Positions 36,776-50,560 are shown, counted from the stretch's first letter. The stretch: DNA of 64,000 nucleotides from Octopus vulgaris (GCA_951406725.2 OX597817.1:558001-622000), one strand, 5' to 3'. The notes: a model not told the origin generated them from the sequence alone. Translations and numbers: made by a program.

Positions 36776-37444
36776 GAAGATAGTTATAAAGAGAGGATTT
36801 AAATGAAATTAAGTTTGCTTCCTTACCACGTGGTTTTGGGTTCGGTCTCATTGTGTGGCACCTTGGGCAAATACTTTCTACTGTAAGCCTTGTGAGTGAA
36901 TTTTGTAGATAAAAACTAAAAGAACATCATTGTATGTGTTTATATGAATAAGTGTGTGTCCTTGTTTTAACATCACAGGATAGTTATAAATGAATGTCTC
37001 TGTCATACAAGTGATGGAGAAATATTATCTTGTTTTGAAACTGGAAGGGCTTCTAGTCACCGAAGATCTGCCTTAATGAATTCCACTTAACCCATGCAAG
37101 CATGGAAAAGGGAACATTAAAATGGCAATGAGAATGTTCCAGTGTGATAATTGTGTTGCACTAAAGAGGATGTTTCATGCAAAAACACTAAAGAGATCCT
37201 CTATTCTGTGTCAGTTCTTATTCAGAGTTCCTCTCAAATGGGTGACCTACAGAGTCCACATTTTGCTCATAAGTTTCATTTATTTATTTATAATTTTTGT
37301 TTTGCATAGTTTCTAAGACTGGATGTCCTTCTTTTCAACAACCACTTTACAGCATGTACTGGGTGTATTTTGTCACATTACCACAATTGTATTTGTACAT
37401 TTGTTCATTTTACACCTATTCTTCTAAACTAACATGGGTTAAAT

Positions 37445-37801
37445 CAGGGGTTCTCAACCATTTTTCATTTTGGACCCCCTTTGGTTGTTATTTCATTCTG
37501 GTGGACCCCCATGCCCATTCAAAGTATAAAAACTAGTTTTATAGATAATTCTTTCCAAATTCCATTTGTTTTTTGTCACACATTAACTTGTGTAGGTTGG
37601 ACGACGTAAAATGTTAGAGAAAGAAACCTGGCTGTTTCTTGCAATACATACCAATACATGCATCTAAAGCAAAATTTTTTCAGACACTCTTAAAATACTA
37701 TTGTGGTCCCCAATTTACTATATTTTTGTGTGAACCCCCCCCCCCCCCTCATTCTTATATGAATCCTCAAGGGCCATACGGACCCTGGTTGAGAACCACT
37801 G
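37445..37801. mobile_element. hAT (Charlie/MER5-like) MITE
   Basis: TIRs CAGGGGTTCTCAACC / GGTTGAGAACCACTG. 8-bp TSD GGTTAAAT / GGTTAGAT. Confidence 0.85.
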
Positions 37802-38686
37802 GGTTAGATGGTGAGTTAGTTAAGGTAAGATTTTACAGCTAGATGCTCTTCCAGTCACCAACCCTCAGCTGTTTTCCAAGTGAGAGTTCTATATTGATGA
37901 GTAGAATAATACCTCTCCTTCCCGAGAAATAAAGAATACAGTTGGTAGCCAATTTGTTGAATGAAAATCATTAAAATTCTATGAAATGCTTATTGATATA
38001 CAATACATAGCTGAACTGTTGCAAGAAACATCCCCTGAGCCTTTTAAATTTTGTTATTTATGTACAAAATTTCTTTTAAATTTCTATTTTAAGCATTGAA
38101 GATTACAATTGAGTATAAAAAGAAATTAAATATCTTTCTTTCTCTCTAATCTAACCCTTAGACTTAACCATAATCTTAGTAAATAGAAGTGATATATTTC
38201 AAAGTTATCTTCAATGAATAAAGATAACAGAAATCTGCCTGTCTGTCTGTGTATTCTTTTCCATGTTAACAGAGGCAAATACAAACGTTGAGACATTGTA
38301 TTTTACAACTGGATAACTGTTTTGTTGCTAACCTTTACCTATTTTTCGTATTAGGGATTTTTTATTCCACATGTCTTCAAAACCTTCAGACCTATTGGAT
38401 GATTTGTTAGCAGGAAATATCAACAAACTTTACCATTTGTTGCTCAGTGCTTTTTCATGCAGAGCGTAGATTACAAATATTCACACACACACACACACAC
38501 ACTCACATATGCTAGGCTTTGTACAGTTTCCTTTTACTAAATTCACCCACAAAACAATGGTTGGCTGATCGGTGGGAGGACTATTGTAGACAACGCTTGA
38601 TGAAGGTGCCATGCAGTGGGATTGAACCCAAAATCTCAAGGTTGCAAAGCAGACTTCTTAATGATACAGTAATATGTGTGTACCTA

Positions 38687-38772
<86 letters not shown>

Positions 38773-39614
38773 GTGTGTGTGCATGTGTATGAACTGAAAT
38801 GTGAATTGATTTTTTTTATTTAATAAGAATTGTAGTATTTGCATAGAAGTTTTCTACTTTACTTTTTGTTTGCATTTAATAGCACCACAGTACAACATCT
38901 TGGGCAAGTGTCTTCTATAGCCTTGAGCTGACCAATGCCTTGTGAGTGAGTTTGGTGGACTGAAACTGTGCAGAAGCCCATTGTGTGTGTGTGTGTGCAT
39001 ACATATATTTATATTGTGTGTGTCTGTGTGTTTGTAACCCCTCACCACTTGACATGCCCATAACTGCTAAGTTATGGGGAGAAATGGCTCAGTGGAATTG
39101 GTATTGGACTTACCTGTTTATTGATTAGGACTTCAGTTAGAACTGCTGCAGGTACTTTGTTATTTCTGAGTTGAGCATTTTTTTGTTCTTTTTGTTTTTG
39201 CCATTACCTCTTCAGTTCCTTCACTCAACTGACAAGATCTTCATCGATTTCAGATCATCTGGAAATTATTATCTGTAATGATTTACCAGTGTCCTATCAC
39301 AGGATGGACTTATTTCTTTTATATATTTCAAGTCATGAAACTGGAGCTAAACACTGGCTTTCTAAGTTGTCATTGAAGACTCAGATGACATTTAGAAATA
39401 GTGATTTCATCCCATTTTGGCCCTGGTCAAATAGATTTAGAATCAGAGGCTGTCTTGTACAAAGAAATAGTATATTTAGGATTTCATCTCCACGGTCAAG
39501 TGACTATGTAGAGGTTCACCTCACTCACTTGTCAATCATCTTTTTTACTTCATCATTTACTTGTGAAATATTTTATTCAATTCTGAAACGGGGATCCCCA
39601 TTTTGTAATTACAG

Positions 39615-39929
39615 GAAGAGGAAAACCAGTTCCCAACTCCCGGTGATTATCAACTGTCAGAGGAGGAGGAGGGTGAGGAGGAAGAAGCTGAAGAAGCAGA
39701 TGATGATGATGACGATGATTATGACTCCTCGAAAGCATTCGACTTTGAAGCACAGCTTGATGAATTCCGCATGAAATGGCAGCAAGAGCTTTTGGGTAGC
39801 CAAGATGCAGCTGAGTCGAGTGAAGTAGCCGTCCCTTGCACTAGCAGCAGTGGTAATAATAATAATGGTGTCCAAGCTACTGTGAGTCATCTGTCCAATG
39901 AGGATCAATTAGAGGCTATCAAAAATAAA
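39615..39929 (+). CDS. FBXO9: FBXO9 exon 2
   Basis: ttacag|GAA...AAA|gtaagt, 315 nt, phase 0-0. EEENQFPTPGDYQLSEEEEGEEEEAEEADDDDDDDYDSSKAFDFEAQLDEFRMKWQQELL...EAIKNK. Confidence 0.9.
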
Positions 39930-40519
39930 GTAAGTAACATGGCAGAACTTGTTTTTGTTTACTTTACATGTTTTGCCAAGGATGTAATATGATCGGTTAC
40001 AAGTGTTCAATGGGACAGTCCCTGGTTCATTGCATATATATGCTGAGCAACATGAGAGTGTCAATGTAGCTTGAGTAGAATAAACACAAGTTATTTTTGT
40101 TCAAAAATGTTGATTTTATCATCATCATTTTGCATTGTATTTTGTAGCAGAGCTGCTGAGTGCTCAATACTTCTCTCTGTTATAGAACATATAAAATTGT
40201 GGTCTGATACATATGTAATTTGTATGTTCAGTACAGAAGTAAAAACAGATATATGAAATGCTGATATGAAACATAAACTTCTCCTTTTTGCCTGTGTGAT
40301 CTCAGATTTCATGAAAGCATGCAATCGTCAGTGAAATGAAAAGAATTTAGTAGCCTGACACTTTTATTTTGTTCAGTTAAACTAGTCTAAATAACTAACT
40401 TACAATGGTGTCATTTTGAAATTTACTGTCTTGCAAAAGAATACATAAGGTAAAATTGAAATTGTTCAGATCTCACCTTGCATTTGGGAGTATAATTTAG
40501 ATTGTATTAGAAATATATA

Positions 40520-40998
40520 AACATCAATGGAATTTGTATCTTTGTGGTACCAGTGCCGGTGGCACACAAGAAAACCATCCGAACGTGGCCGTAGCCAGTA
40601 CCGCATCGACTGGCCTCCGTGCTGTGGGCACGTAACAAACACCATCCGATCGTGGCCGTTCGCCAGCCTCATCTGGCACCTGTGTTGGTGGCACATAAAA
40701 ACAGCATCCGAGCGTGGCCGTCTGCCAGCCTCGTCTGGCACCTGTATCGGTGGCACATAAAAAACACCATCCGAGCATGGCCGTTCGCCAGCCTCGTCTG
40801 GCACCTGTGTCGGTGGCACATAAAATCACCCACTACACTCTCGGAGTGGTTGGCGTTAGGAAGGGCATCCAGCCGTAGAAACACTGCCAGATCTGACTGG
40901 GCCTGATGAAGCCTTCAAGCTTCACAGACCCCAGTTGAACCGTCCAACCCATGCTAGCATAGAAAACGGACGCTAAATGATGATGATGATGATGATGA
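40520..40998 (+). mobile_element. (GAT)n-tailed SINE-type repeat with three internal ~58-bp tandem units
   Basis: Near-identical copy at 63248-63668. Confidence 0.8.
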
Positions 40999-42209
40999 TA
41001 TTATATTTTTTTAACAGAAAATCAATGTGCTTAACCCTTTGCCTGTCCTGTATATCACATGTGATACACAGGACATATTTCTCCTGCATCAATACAATTG
41101 CCAATTTTTTGCAATCACCAGAGTGTCTTGGGATATATGGAAAGAAGACTTCATATTACTCAGAATGTATGAAACAAGGGCTAGCTAAAAGTTTGAAAAC
41201 AACATGGACATGTAGGACAAACTTAAGAAGACAGTTCAGGAGGCAAAGAATTAAATATTGTCCTTTATAAGATTTGTGGAGCAATTTATATAGTAACATG
41301 GCTCACATGCAAGATATATGCTCAGCATAACATAAAAAGTCAATGATGTATAAAATGTTGATGTTATCATAAGCATTTCTTTGACTGTAAGATCTCAGCT
41401 TCCATGCAAAAATGTGTGTGTGTATATGTATGTATATAAACATATGTATGTATATCTATATACTTATGTATATAAATATCTACACACACATATATATATA
41501 TGTACAAAAATTTCTATGACCAGTCATGTGACTATCCTCTAGCAATCAAATCCTATTCAAAACGTATACTAATTTTAGCCATGAACTCCCTATAAAAATA
41601 AGGCAAGCTTCAAACACTAGTCAGAATCAAGACAGCCACAACATAAGACACGTCTTTCTATTTGAACTTTTTGAAAATCAGTGGAAACTTTAAATATATC
41701 AATAAAAATATTTTAACTCTTCTCAGTGCATTTTCAACTTCTATTTTTCGTATATTTCTACCTGTGTGGAATAAAATAACTTTGTTAGACGAAGCAGGGA
41801 CAACTGAAGAAGGGGAATATTCCTTGTGTTGTATGTCTTGTACTCTGTTTTTTTCGTTGTTTGAAAACAAGTTCGTTTCCATGTTTTTGTTTTTATGTTT
41901 TCGTTTCTCATTGTGTTCAACGGTTTTTTGATGTCCTGTACCCATACATGCATGTATATATGCATATAGATGTAGGAATGTACATATATATATGTATATA
42001 TGCATATATTTATATATATATATATTGGAAGGTTTGGAGAGGATGTACAGGTATTATATATTAGAAGAAATGAGGTACTCAGAAAATCGGATGGTTTATA
42101 TTTACAGATATTTATTTGTATATTACATTAATATACAAATATAATAATGTAATATACAAATAAATATCTGTAAATATAAACCGATTTTCTGAGTACCTCA
42201 TTTCTTCTA

Positions 42210-42241
<32 letters not shown>

Positions 42242-42545
42242 ATATATTCAAATAGAGAATAAATTAGCCTCATTAAGGGATAGTAATATCCAATAAATTA
42301 CTGGTTCATTATCTAATATTTGTTGTGAATAATAATAATATTCATTAAATAATAGGTCTATATATAAATCATGGTTTATAATCATTCAAAAGAAAAAAAA
42401 ATTTTGATTGTTTGTATATATATATATAATGAAGTGACAGTAATAAATTTCATTAAGGGATCCAATGAAAATACTGGTTGGTTATCAACCTGTAGGAAGT
42501 TAAAGTATAAGGTAACCATATAAATTGTGTTTCAGATATTTATAT

Positions 42546-42916
42546 ATTTAAGGAATATGGAGAAAATGGAGGGGTAATTAATAAAATTATTTATTAATTA
42601 TAAAAGATGACATCTCTGACAGCTGTTTTGATTCAGAAATCTTTAGATAATTAATTCATAAAATTAAAATCATTATAAGATGAATCTCTTCAGAGGTAGT
42701 AAAGAAATACCGATTAGAACTACATGTTGAGATAACGATTAAAAACTGTTAAGTGATGGCATATATACAAAAAGAACCGGTTATAGAAGGACTCAATCTA
42801 ACATAGGGGGAGAAGGTAGTATATATATTTTATGTCTTAAAGAAAGAAAAGAAGAGATTAGTATAATATGATAGGGAGAAGGAGAAGGAGAAAAAGGAAA
42901 AAAGGAAGTAGAAAAA
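42546..42916 (-). repeat. Penelope pLTR-like inverted repeat, left copy (hammerhead-like 42614-42697)
   Basis: Reverse complement of 45558-45932. Confidence 0.7.
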
Positions 42917-42920
42917 CATA

Positions 42921-43301
42921 TACTCTTTTTTACTCTTTTTACTTGTTTCAGTCATTTGACTGCGGCCATGCTGGAGCTTCGCCTTTAGTCGAGCAAATCG
43001 ACCCCAGGACTTATTCTTTTGTAAGCCCAGTACTTATTCTATCGGTCTCTTTTGCCGAACCACTAAGTAACGGGGACATAAACACACCAGCATCGGTTGT
43101 CAAGCAATGCTAGGGAGACAAACACACACACATACACATATATACATATATACGACAGGCTTCTTTCAGTTTCTGTCTACCAAATCCACTCACAAGGGGC
43201 TATAGCAGAAGACACTTGCCCAAGATGCCACGCAGTGGGACTGAACCCGGAACCATGTGGTTGGTTAGCAAGCTACTTACCACATAGCCACTCCTGCGCC
43301 T
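42921..43301 (-). mobile_element. OR-like SINE, full length
   Basis: GGCGCAGGAGTGGCT head through GAAACAAGTAAAAAGAGT tail on the minus strand. Confidence 0.88.
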
Positions 43302-44067
43302 ATGTATATATAAATATATAATAATGCCATATAATATACTTATCTGTAATACTGCAATACAAAAACTTAAAGTTATAAAATTTAAGTCAAGTAGAAGCAA
43401 ACTGTGGCAAAATATGTATTAACTGAAGTTATCAGAAAGGGATAAATAATTTCTAAATATAATAATAATAATAATAACTTATTGTTTATGCTTATAATAA
43501 TAATGCAAGAAAATCTAATTTAAATATATAAATAAATAAATGGCAAGTGTAGAATAATATGGAAAGAGAAAATATAAAAAATACAAAATACATCCATAAT
43601 AATAATAATAATAATAATCAACTATTAGGTAGGAAAAAATTTTAAAAAATGTTTAATTTCAGACATACTGTGTTCCATTAAATAAACTAGAAGTAAATAT
43701 GCTATGAAATATGATGAAGTGGGTAAGGGTAATATTAATAAAATAAACATTATGTAAGAGGAAATACTTATATATAAATAAATTGAAAATAAATTACAAT
43801 GAATTACGTAAAATGGCCAGATGCATAGCTGGGATGCAGGGAAAAATATATATGAAGACAACTAAACCAGAACAAATTTAAATGGGGACATATCTGAAAA
43901 TATTATCAGAAGTAATGATAATTTATTTGTGTATTTAAACAGTGAATCAGGAATCAGCTCAATATGGTATTAACTTGACACATTTTAGTACTAAATAATA
44001 TGAAATAATAATACTAATGGAGAAATAAGCTTAATTATACATCAGAAATAAAATATGTCATTATATA

Positions 44068-44260
44068 TCATCATCATCATCATCATCATCATCGTTTAAC
44101 GTCCGTTTTCCGCGCTAGCACGGGTTGGACGGTTCGACCGGGGTCTGGGAAGCCAGGGGCCGCTCCAGGCTCCAGTCTGATCTGGCAGAGTTTCTACGGC
44201 TGGATGCCCTTCCTAACGCCAACCACTCCGTGAGTGGAGTGGGTGCTTTTTACGTGCCAC
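44068..44260 (-). mobile_element. (GAT)n-tailed repeat
   Basis: Reverse complement of the 40825-40998 tail. Confidence 0.8.
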
Positions 44261-44289
44261 CTGCTTTTTACGGTCACGATCGGTTCGAG

Positions 44290-45058
44290 CTTTTTAACGT
44301 GCCCGCGGCACGGGGGCAACAGGGATCCGGGGTACTTGGAATGGGTGGGGGTGGGGAAGGTTGGGGGGTAAGGAGGAACGATGGCAGGAAGGGTTGGTGC
44401 AGGTTCGTAAGAAATAAAAACGTAGGATAATTACGAGGCGGGGAGGGGACTGGAAGGAGATAGTTGGATTGAGGCAGTGTCAGATTCAAAACAGGAGGAA
44501 GCGTAAGATCAGTGGGCGGTTGTCTTTTCACAGTGAAAGCATATGAGGAGAAGGGGTAGGAAGGGGTGGTGGGGGAGGAGGAGGGAGTATCCGGTGTAGA
44601 TGGTGAGAACAGTGTTCACCGGTATTGGTGGTGGGGGTGGGAGGGCGGGCGCACCGCGCATTGGGAGAAGATGAGGTTTTAAGCGGCAGAAAGAAGACAG
44701 GATTGAGATGAAATGCTTTGCGGTGGTGTGAATAAGTTTTTGTGAGTGAAAGTTTTTATGCTTCAGCTAGCATTTGAGACGAAAGACAACGATAACGCTA
44801 ATATATGGGGATACAATAATAATAAGGCTTGCAAAAACAATGAAAAGAGGAAACAGGTCATATATATATATATATATATATGTATATGTTTGTGTGTGTA
44901 TATACATATATATATAGAGAGAGAGGGGTGGAGAATTCACAAAAAAGCAAAGGACAATGACAGGTGGTGTAGACAACAAAACAGATGTAATAGTTTACCA
45001 TTCGGGAAGTGAAAAAGTTCTTAACATTTCAAGCCTATGCTCTTCCACAGAAAGAAAC
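44290..45058 (-). mobile_element. Penelope-like relic: pLTR-like repeat followed by decayed RT-linker coding fragment
   Basis: Variant hammerhead repeat at 45019-45055, then broken FCRLK, TISFQSPP and PGSLLPPC fragments resembling the PLE thumb/linker. Confidence 0.4.
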
Positions 45059-45557
45059 GGAGCAGTAATATCGAGTCATATAATCACTGTGTTAAACAGT
45101 TAAGGGGAGGTAATGTGAGATTTACCAAAAGCTCTTAATTTTCATAAATATTTGTAGTATATAATAACATAACATGCATTTAATTTGGTAGATCAACTGA
45201 CATGCAAAATGTAATTTTATACAAAGATTATAAAGTATGAAAGAATAAGTTAAGTAAATTATATCAAATAAGACAAAATACAATAAATATAATAAAATAA
45301 AAGAGTTAATCTTAAACCTAAGAATTAATATGCTATTGAAAGGATGTACTAATAATCCATTACAGGGATAAATGCATGAAAAGTCAGAAATTTATTGAAT
45401 AAAAACATTATTACCAATACATATTAGAATAAGAGATAAATAATAAGGAATTAAACCAGGTTAAAACCAAAGAGTATTTTGCATAATATATGTGGAATTA
45501 AGAACATACATCTGATAAATTAGTAATATATCCTGAATTAAGAACTTAAATACTTGC

Positions 45558-45932
45558 ATTTTTCTACTTCCTTTTTTCCTTTTTCTCCTTCTCAATTACC
45601 CTATCATATTATATTAATCTCTTCTTTTCTTTCTTTAAGACATAAAATATATATACTACCTTTCCCCCCTATGTTAGATTGAGTCCTTCTATAACTGGCT
45701 CTTTTTGTATATATGCCATCACTTAACAGTTTCATAGCCATTATCTCAACATGTATTTCTAATCGGTATATCTTTACTACCTCTGAAGAGATTCAGCGTA
45801 TAATGATTTTAATTTTATGAATTAATTATCCAAAGATTTCTGAATTGAAACAGCTGTCAAAGATGTTGTCATACTTTATAATTAATAAATAATTTTATTA
45901 ATTACCTCTTTGTTTTCTCCTTATTCTTTATA
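45558..45932 (+). repeat. Penelope pLTR-like inverted repeat, right copy (hammerhead 45779-45862)
   Basis: CU-CUGAAGA-GAUUCAG(43-nt loop)CUGAAUU-GAA-ACAGCUGU-C. Confidence 0.7.
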
Positions 45933-46559
45933 CACACACACACAAATACATTTCCAATCACACACAAATACATTTCCAATCACACACACACATATTGATA
46001 TATGTTTGCATGATGCACTTGCATGTCATGATATTTCTGCACTGTTTCTATCTGCTGAGAAATTCTACTCACTGAGTAACAGCTAACTCAAGGCTACAGC
46101 AGAAGATGACAGCCAAGGTGCCATGCCATGGGATCAAACTCCAAAAATGACATGCTTACAAAATGAACTTCATAACTATGCAGTGTATCTGCATCTTTGA
46201 TCTAGATCATTCCACGTTTGTCCCTTTTATAATTTTTTTTCCCATACAGGCCACCATCACCACAGTCTTCTCTCCTGGGCTACTGCTAATCTTCAGTTAG
46301 GAGGATGTGACATAGATCTCTTGCAAGGTGGAATTGATAACAGCATGTGAAAATTAGCGAGGAGAACTTCACTAATCTCAAAAAAAAAAAAATTTGTTGT
46401 CTTTGATATACAGAAAGATATACTGATCACAGCTGGAATGTCAGTGTCCATAGATCTGCTTGATCTGAGCTGACCTGAGGCTAAACAACAACAGTTTTGC
46501 ATCATTAACCCTTTAACATTCAAACCAGCCATATCTGACCCAAATATTTTACCTGTTTT

Positions 46560-47607
46560 AATAATAATAATAATAATAATTGTGTACAGTGCTCAGGTGC
46601 ACTACAACTCATCTAAAGTGTATATATAATCAGGTGTAGTTTCGACGGATTTCGGGAAGCATGAGGGCCTTAAAGGATGCAGTGTCATGGCAGTCAACAA
46701 CTGATGCAGGCAATTTATTCCACGCTTCAGCAACCCTGAGCGTGAAAAAATGTTTCCGAAAGTCATGGGAGCTGTGCTGTTTTCTGACTTTGTAGGCATG
46801 TCCACGTGTGTTAGACACATGGAGATCAAAAAGGTGTTCAGTGTTGTTGTTGGTGAGGTGGTTGATAACCTTGTGGGTGTTTACCAAGTCCGTCGCTAGA
46901 CGCCGGAGCTTCAGTGAATCCATGCCCAGGGAAACAAGGCGCTCAGAATATGGTAGGTGTCTGATGGAGGGTATGCGTTTGGTTGCACGTCTCTGGACAG
47001 ATTCCAGGAGGTCAATGTTCTGAGCAAGATAGGGATTCCAAACTGATGATGCGAATTCCAAGTGTGGTTGTACCATAGCTGTATACAGTTTTAAATAGAT
47101 GGCTGGAGAGCGGCTAACAAAAGTCTTGCTGAGTGATGCCAAGACACCCTCGGCCTTCTTGACAATTTTAGAGATATGCTTTGTCCAACGCAAATCACTG
47201 CTGACAGTGATGCCTAGGTCACGCTCGCAAGAGGATTTCTTGATATCAGTGTTGTGGAGGGAGTATGTGGACGCAGGGTTTTTTCTCCCAAAATGCATGG
47301 TGGTACACTTGTCCACAGCCAGTTTCAGTTGCCAGTCTGTGATCCATTGCTGCATTGTGTCTAGGTCTGATTACAGGAAAGAGTTGTAGACATCAGGATC
47401 AGTCCTCTTGATTTCAAGGTACAGCTTGATGTCGTCTGCATATTTCAATACTGTGGCATTCTTTAAATTGGCATCTATATCATTAATGTATGCCACAAAC
47501 AGGAGGGGACCAAGGACAGATCCCTGTGGTACACCCGATGACATCTCATATGGTGTAGAGTGCTGTCCTAGAACTGTGACTACCTCCTTTCGGCTGAGGA
47601 TGAAGGA
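46560..47607 (-). mobile_element. 5'-truncated copy of the CR1-like LINE with one nonsense change
   Basis: Nearly identical to 14330-15368. CAA>TAA at 47371-47373 splits the frame. Confidence 0.95.
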
Positions 47608-47701
47608 TTTATGTTCAAACCAGCCAGATCCAGCCTCTGACACCTATCCTGCAATGTCATTGTAAAAACAAACAATCACATCATTGAAATCTTGAAGTTA
47701 T

Positions 47702-48108
47702 AGGCATAGGAGTGGCTGTGTGGTAAGTAGCTTGCTTACTAACCACATGGTTCTGGGTTCAGTCCCACTACATGTCACCTTGGACAAGTGTCTTCTACTA
47801 TAGTCTCAGGCTGACCATAGCCTTGTGAGTGGATTTGGTTTACGGAAACTGAAAGAAGCTCGTCGTATATATGTATGTGTATATACATATGTGTGTGTGT
47901 GTTTGTTTGTCTCTGTTCCCCCCCCCCCCCCGCCATCACTTGACAACCGATGCTAGTGTGTTTCCGTCCCTGCAACTTAGCGGTTCGGCAAAAGAGACTG
48001 ATAGAATAAGTACTAGGATTACAAAGAATAAGCTCTAAGGTTGATTTGCTCGACTGAAGGTGGTGCTCCAGCATGGCTGCAGTCAAATGGCTGAAACAAG
48101 TAAAAGAG
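47702..48108 (+). mobile_element. OR-like SINE, full length
   Basis: Head, CORE-like segment, microsatellite and tail. Confidence 0.88.
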
Positions 48109-48391
48109 TTCTTTGACAAAGCCTGATTAATTTCAAACTGTGTGAACAAACACGCATTACATTTGATAGAGTAGTCTGAAGGCTGAATGGTTAAGCAAGT
48201 TAATCAAAGGAAGCAAGGCAGTTCTTGCAAGTAAGTAACTGTAGAGGCTTCTTCGTAGACTCAGTGACAACTACCAGTAATATATTGTGGCCAGTTCACC
48301 TGAATGTATTCTGTTCTTCCTCTTTCTCCTCCTCCTCCTCCTCCTTCAACAATCACTCTTATGCCTAAGCTAGAAGTCTTTTATTTTACAG

Positions 48392-48449
48392 GCTAAATGG
48401 TTCTATTTGGAAGGTATTAAAGCAGAACAAAATGGAAATTTGTACAATG
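48392..48449 (+). CDS. FBXO9: FBXO9 exon 3
   Basis: ttttacag|GCT...AATG|gtaagt, 58 nt, phase 0-1. AKWFYLEGIKAEQNGNLYN. Confidence 0.92.
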
Positions 48450-49404
48450 GTAAGTTGGTGTTTGTTGTTGTCAGTGAACCCCAAGGCATAATAATCATCA
48501 AAGAATTCATTATGTTTAATGCAGACTATGTTGGATGAAGAATCTGGAATTCAAATTCATTTGAGCTATACTACACATTTTCTATACTGACCATATCTAG
48601 CGCTCATATATTGCCTGTATGTGTGTGTGTGGTGTCTTCTGGCAGTGAGCTATCACAGGGGGAGACAGTCCATTGTAGATTGAGTTGTGGTAGGTTTGAA
48701 AGTAAAATTTAAACGAAAGAGTAAAGAAAAAAGTATGTACAGAACATATACATTTAAAATTGGACAGTTTGACTAAAGCTGGAGAGCTGCACCAGTTTCC
48801 AGCCTGATTTGGCTATTTTCTTTTTATGGCTGGATGCCCTTTCTAATGCCAACAACTTTACAGAGTGTGTTGGGTGGTTTTTACGTGCCAAGAGCACATT
48901 TAATTTCATTGTAAAATATTGGAGCAAGTATCTTTCACTGCTGTGTTGTTAGTGACAGTGATTATTCAACCATAAAAGGACTATATTACCTATTCTGTAA
49001 GTCACTAGCTTACTGCAATTGTGATGAAATGTCTGTGTAATTTAGATGGGAAAGAGACATTTTAGCATCACTGATTCAATGCTGACTTATTTGACATGAA
49101 ACGTTATAATGTTTCTCTCGTGCTCTCCCCCCCCCCCTCTCTCTGTATGTGTGGCCATATTTGTTTTTATGTGTATGACGTACCAGTGACACATAAAAGG
49201 CACTGACTACACTTTTGGAGCCGTAGAAACCAAGCCAAAATCAGACTTGAAACATCTAACCTATGCCAGCTTGGCAAATGTATGCTAAATGATGATGATG
49301 AGGATGAGAAGGTAGGTCTGTGTAAATCATGTTCATTTAATAATTTGCAATGCATCACTGTATCTGTATGTATATATATTTCTGTGTGTGCAATGAAGGA
49401 AAGG

Positions 49405-49648
49405 TATGCATAAGGGGGCTGGTTACGCCCCTGGCATAGGCCATGAGGTGATGGTCTCACTTGGCTTGCCGGGTCTTCGCATATGCACAGCATATTTCTG
49501 AAAGTCTCGGTCATGCCTCGGTGAGGCCTAATGTTCGAAGGTCGTGCTTCACCACTTCATCCCAGGTCTTCCTGGGTCTACCTCTTCCACAGATTCCCTC
49601 AACCACTAGGGTGTGGCACTTTTTCACACAGCTATCCTCATCCATTCT
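49405..49648 (-). mobile_element. RTE-clade LINE 3' fragment
   Basis: RMDEDSCVKKCHTLVVEGICGRGRPRKTWDEVVKHDL. Confidence 0.75.
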
Positions 49649-49689
49649 TCAAAATATGTGGTTTTGTTGTTGTTGCTATTATTACGATG

Positions 49690-50560
49690 GTGGCAAGCTA
49701 GCTGAACCATCTTGTCTGTGCTGGACAAGATGCATAGCAGGATTACTTTCAGCTCTTTACATTCTGAGTTCAACTGTTGCTGTGGTCAACTATGCTTTTC
49801 ATCCTTTATGGGTCAGTAAAATAAGTACCAGTTGAGCATTGGAGCTGATGCATTTGACTAACCACTCCCTTTAAAAAAAAACAGTTGCCTTTGTGTCAAA
49901 ATTAGAAAGACTTATCATCATCATCATCATCATCATCAAGGCTGCAAGCTGGCAGAAACGTTAGCACACCGGGCAAAATGCTTAGCAGTATCTCATCTAC
50001 TGCTACGGTCTCAGTTCAAATTCCGCCAAGGTCGACTTTGCCTTTCATCCTTTCGGGGTCGATTAAATAAGTACCAGTTATGCATTGGGGTCGATATAAT
50101 CAACTTAATCCGTTTGTCTGTCCTTGTTTGTCCTCTCTGTGTTTAGCCCCTTGTGGGTAGTAAAGAAATAGGTATTTCGCCCGTCACTACGTTCTCAGTT
50201 CAAATTCCATCGAGGTTGACTTTGCTTTTCATCCTTTCAGGGTCAATAAATTAAGTACCAGATAAACTCTGGGGTCGATGTAATTGACTAATTCCCTCCT
50301 CCAAAATTTCAGGCCTTGTACCTTTAATAGAAAGGGTTGCTGTTGTTGTTGTTGTTGTTGTTTGGTGATGGTGGAGTAGGAGGATTAATAGTGTATAAGA
50401 AAATATTTTGTGGTATTTAGTTACATCCCTTTACATTCTGAGTTCAAATCTTGACAGGTTTGACTTTACTTTGCATCATGTTGGGAGTAGATAAAATAAG
50501 TGTCTGTCTGGTATTAGAGTTGGTCTATTAAACCACCCCCAACCCCAAATTTGTTGCTTT
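49690..50560 (+). mobile_element. Cluster of OK-like SINE copies
   Basis: Repeated GTTCAAATTC...GACTTTGCCTTTCATCCTTTCGGGGTCGAT blocks. Confidence 0.75.

Larger units (their letters stand above)
46509..48190. mobile_element. piggyBac-like MITE split by a LINE and a SINE
   Basis: TTAA|CCCTTTAACATT start and GG|TTAA end. The three pieces match the reverse complement of 52781-52993. Confidence 0.65.

Noticed and set aside
39289-39774. 161-aa ORF
   Set aside because: It is an off-frame read across the intron and the acidic codons of FBXO9 exon 2.
40640-40825. CRISPR-like array
   Set aside because: Contiguous tandem units with no unique spacers, in a eukaryotic SINE context.
41790-41830. CTGAAGA followed by a hairpin
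   Set aside because: No GAAA after the stem, so it is not a supportable hammerhead.
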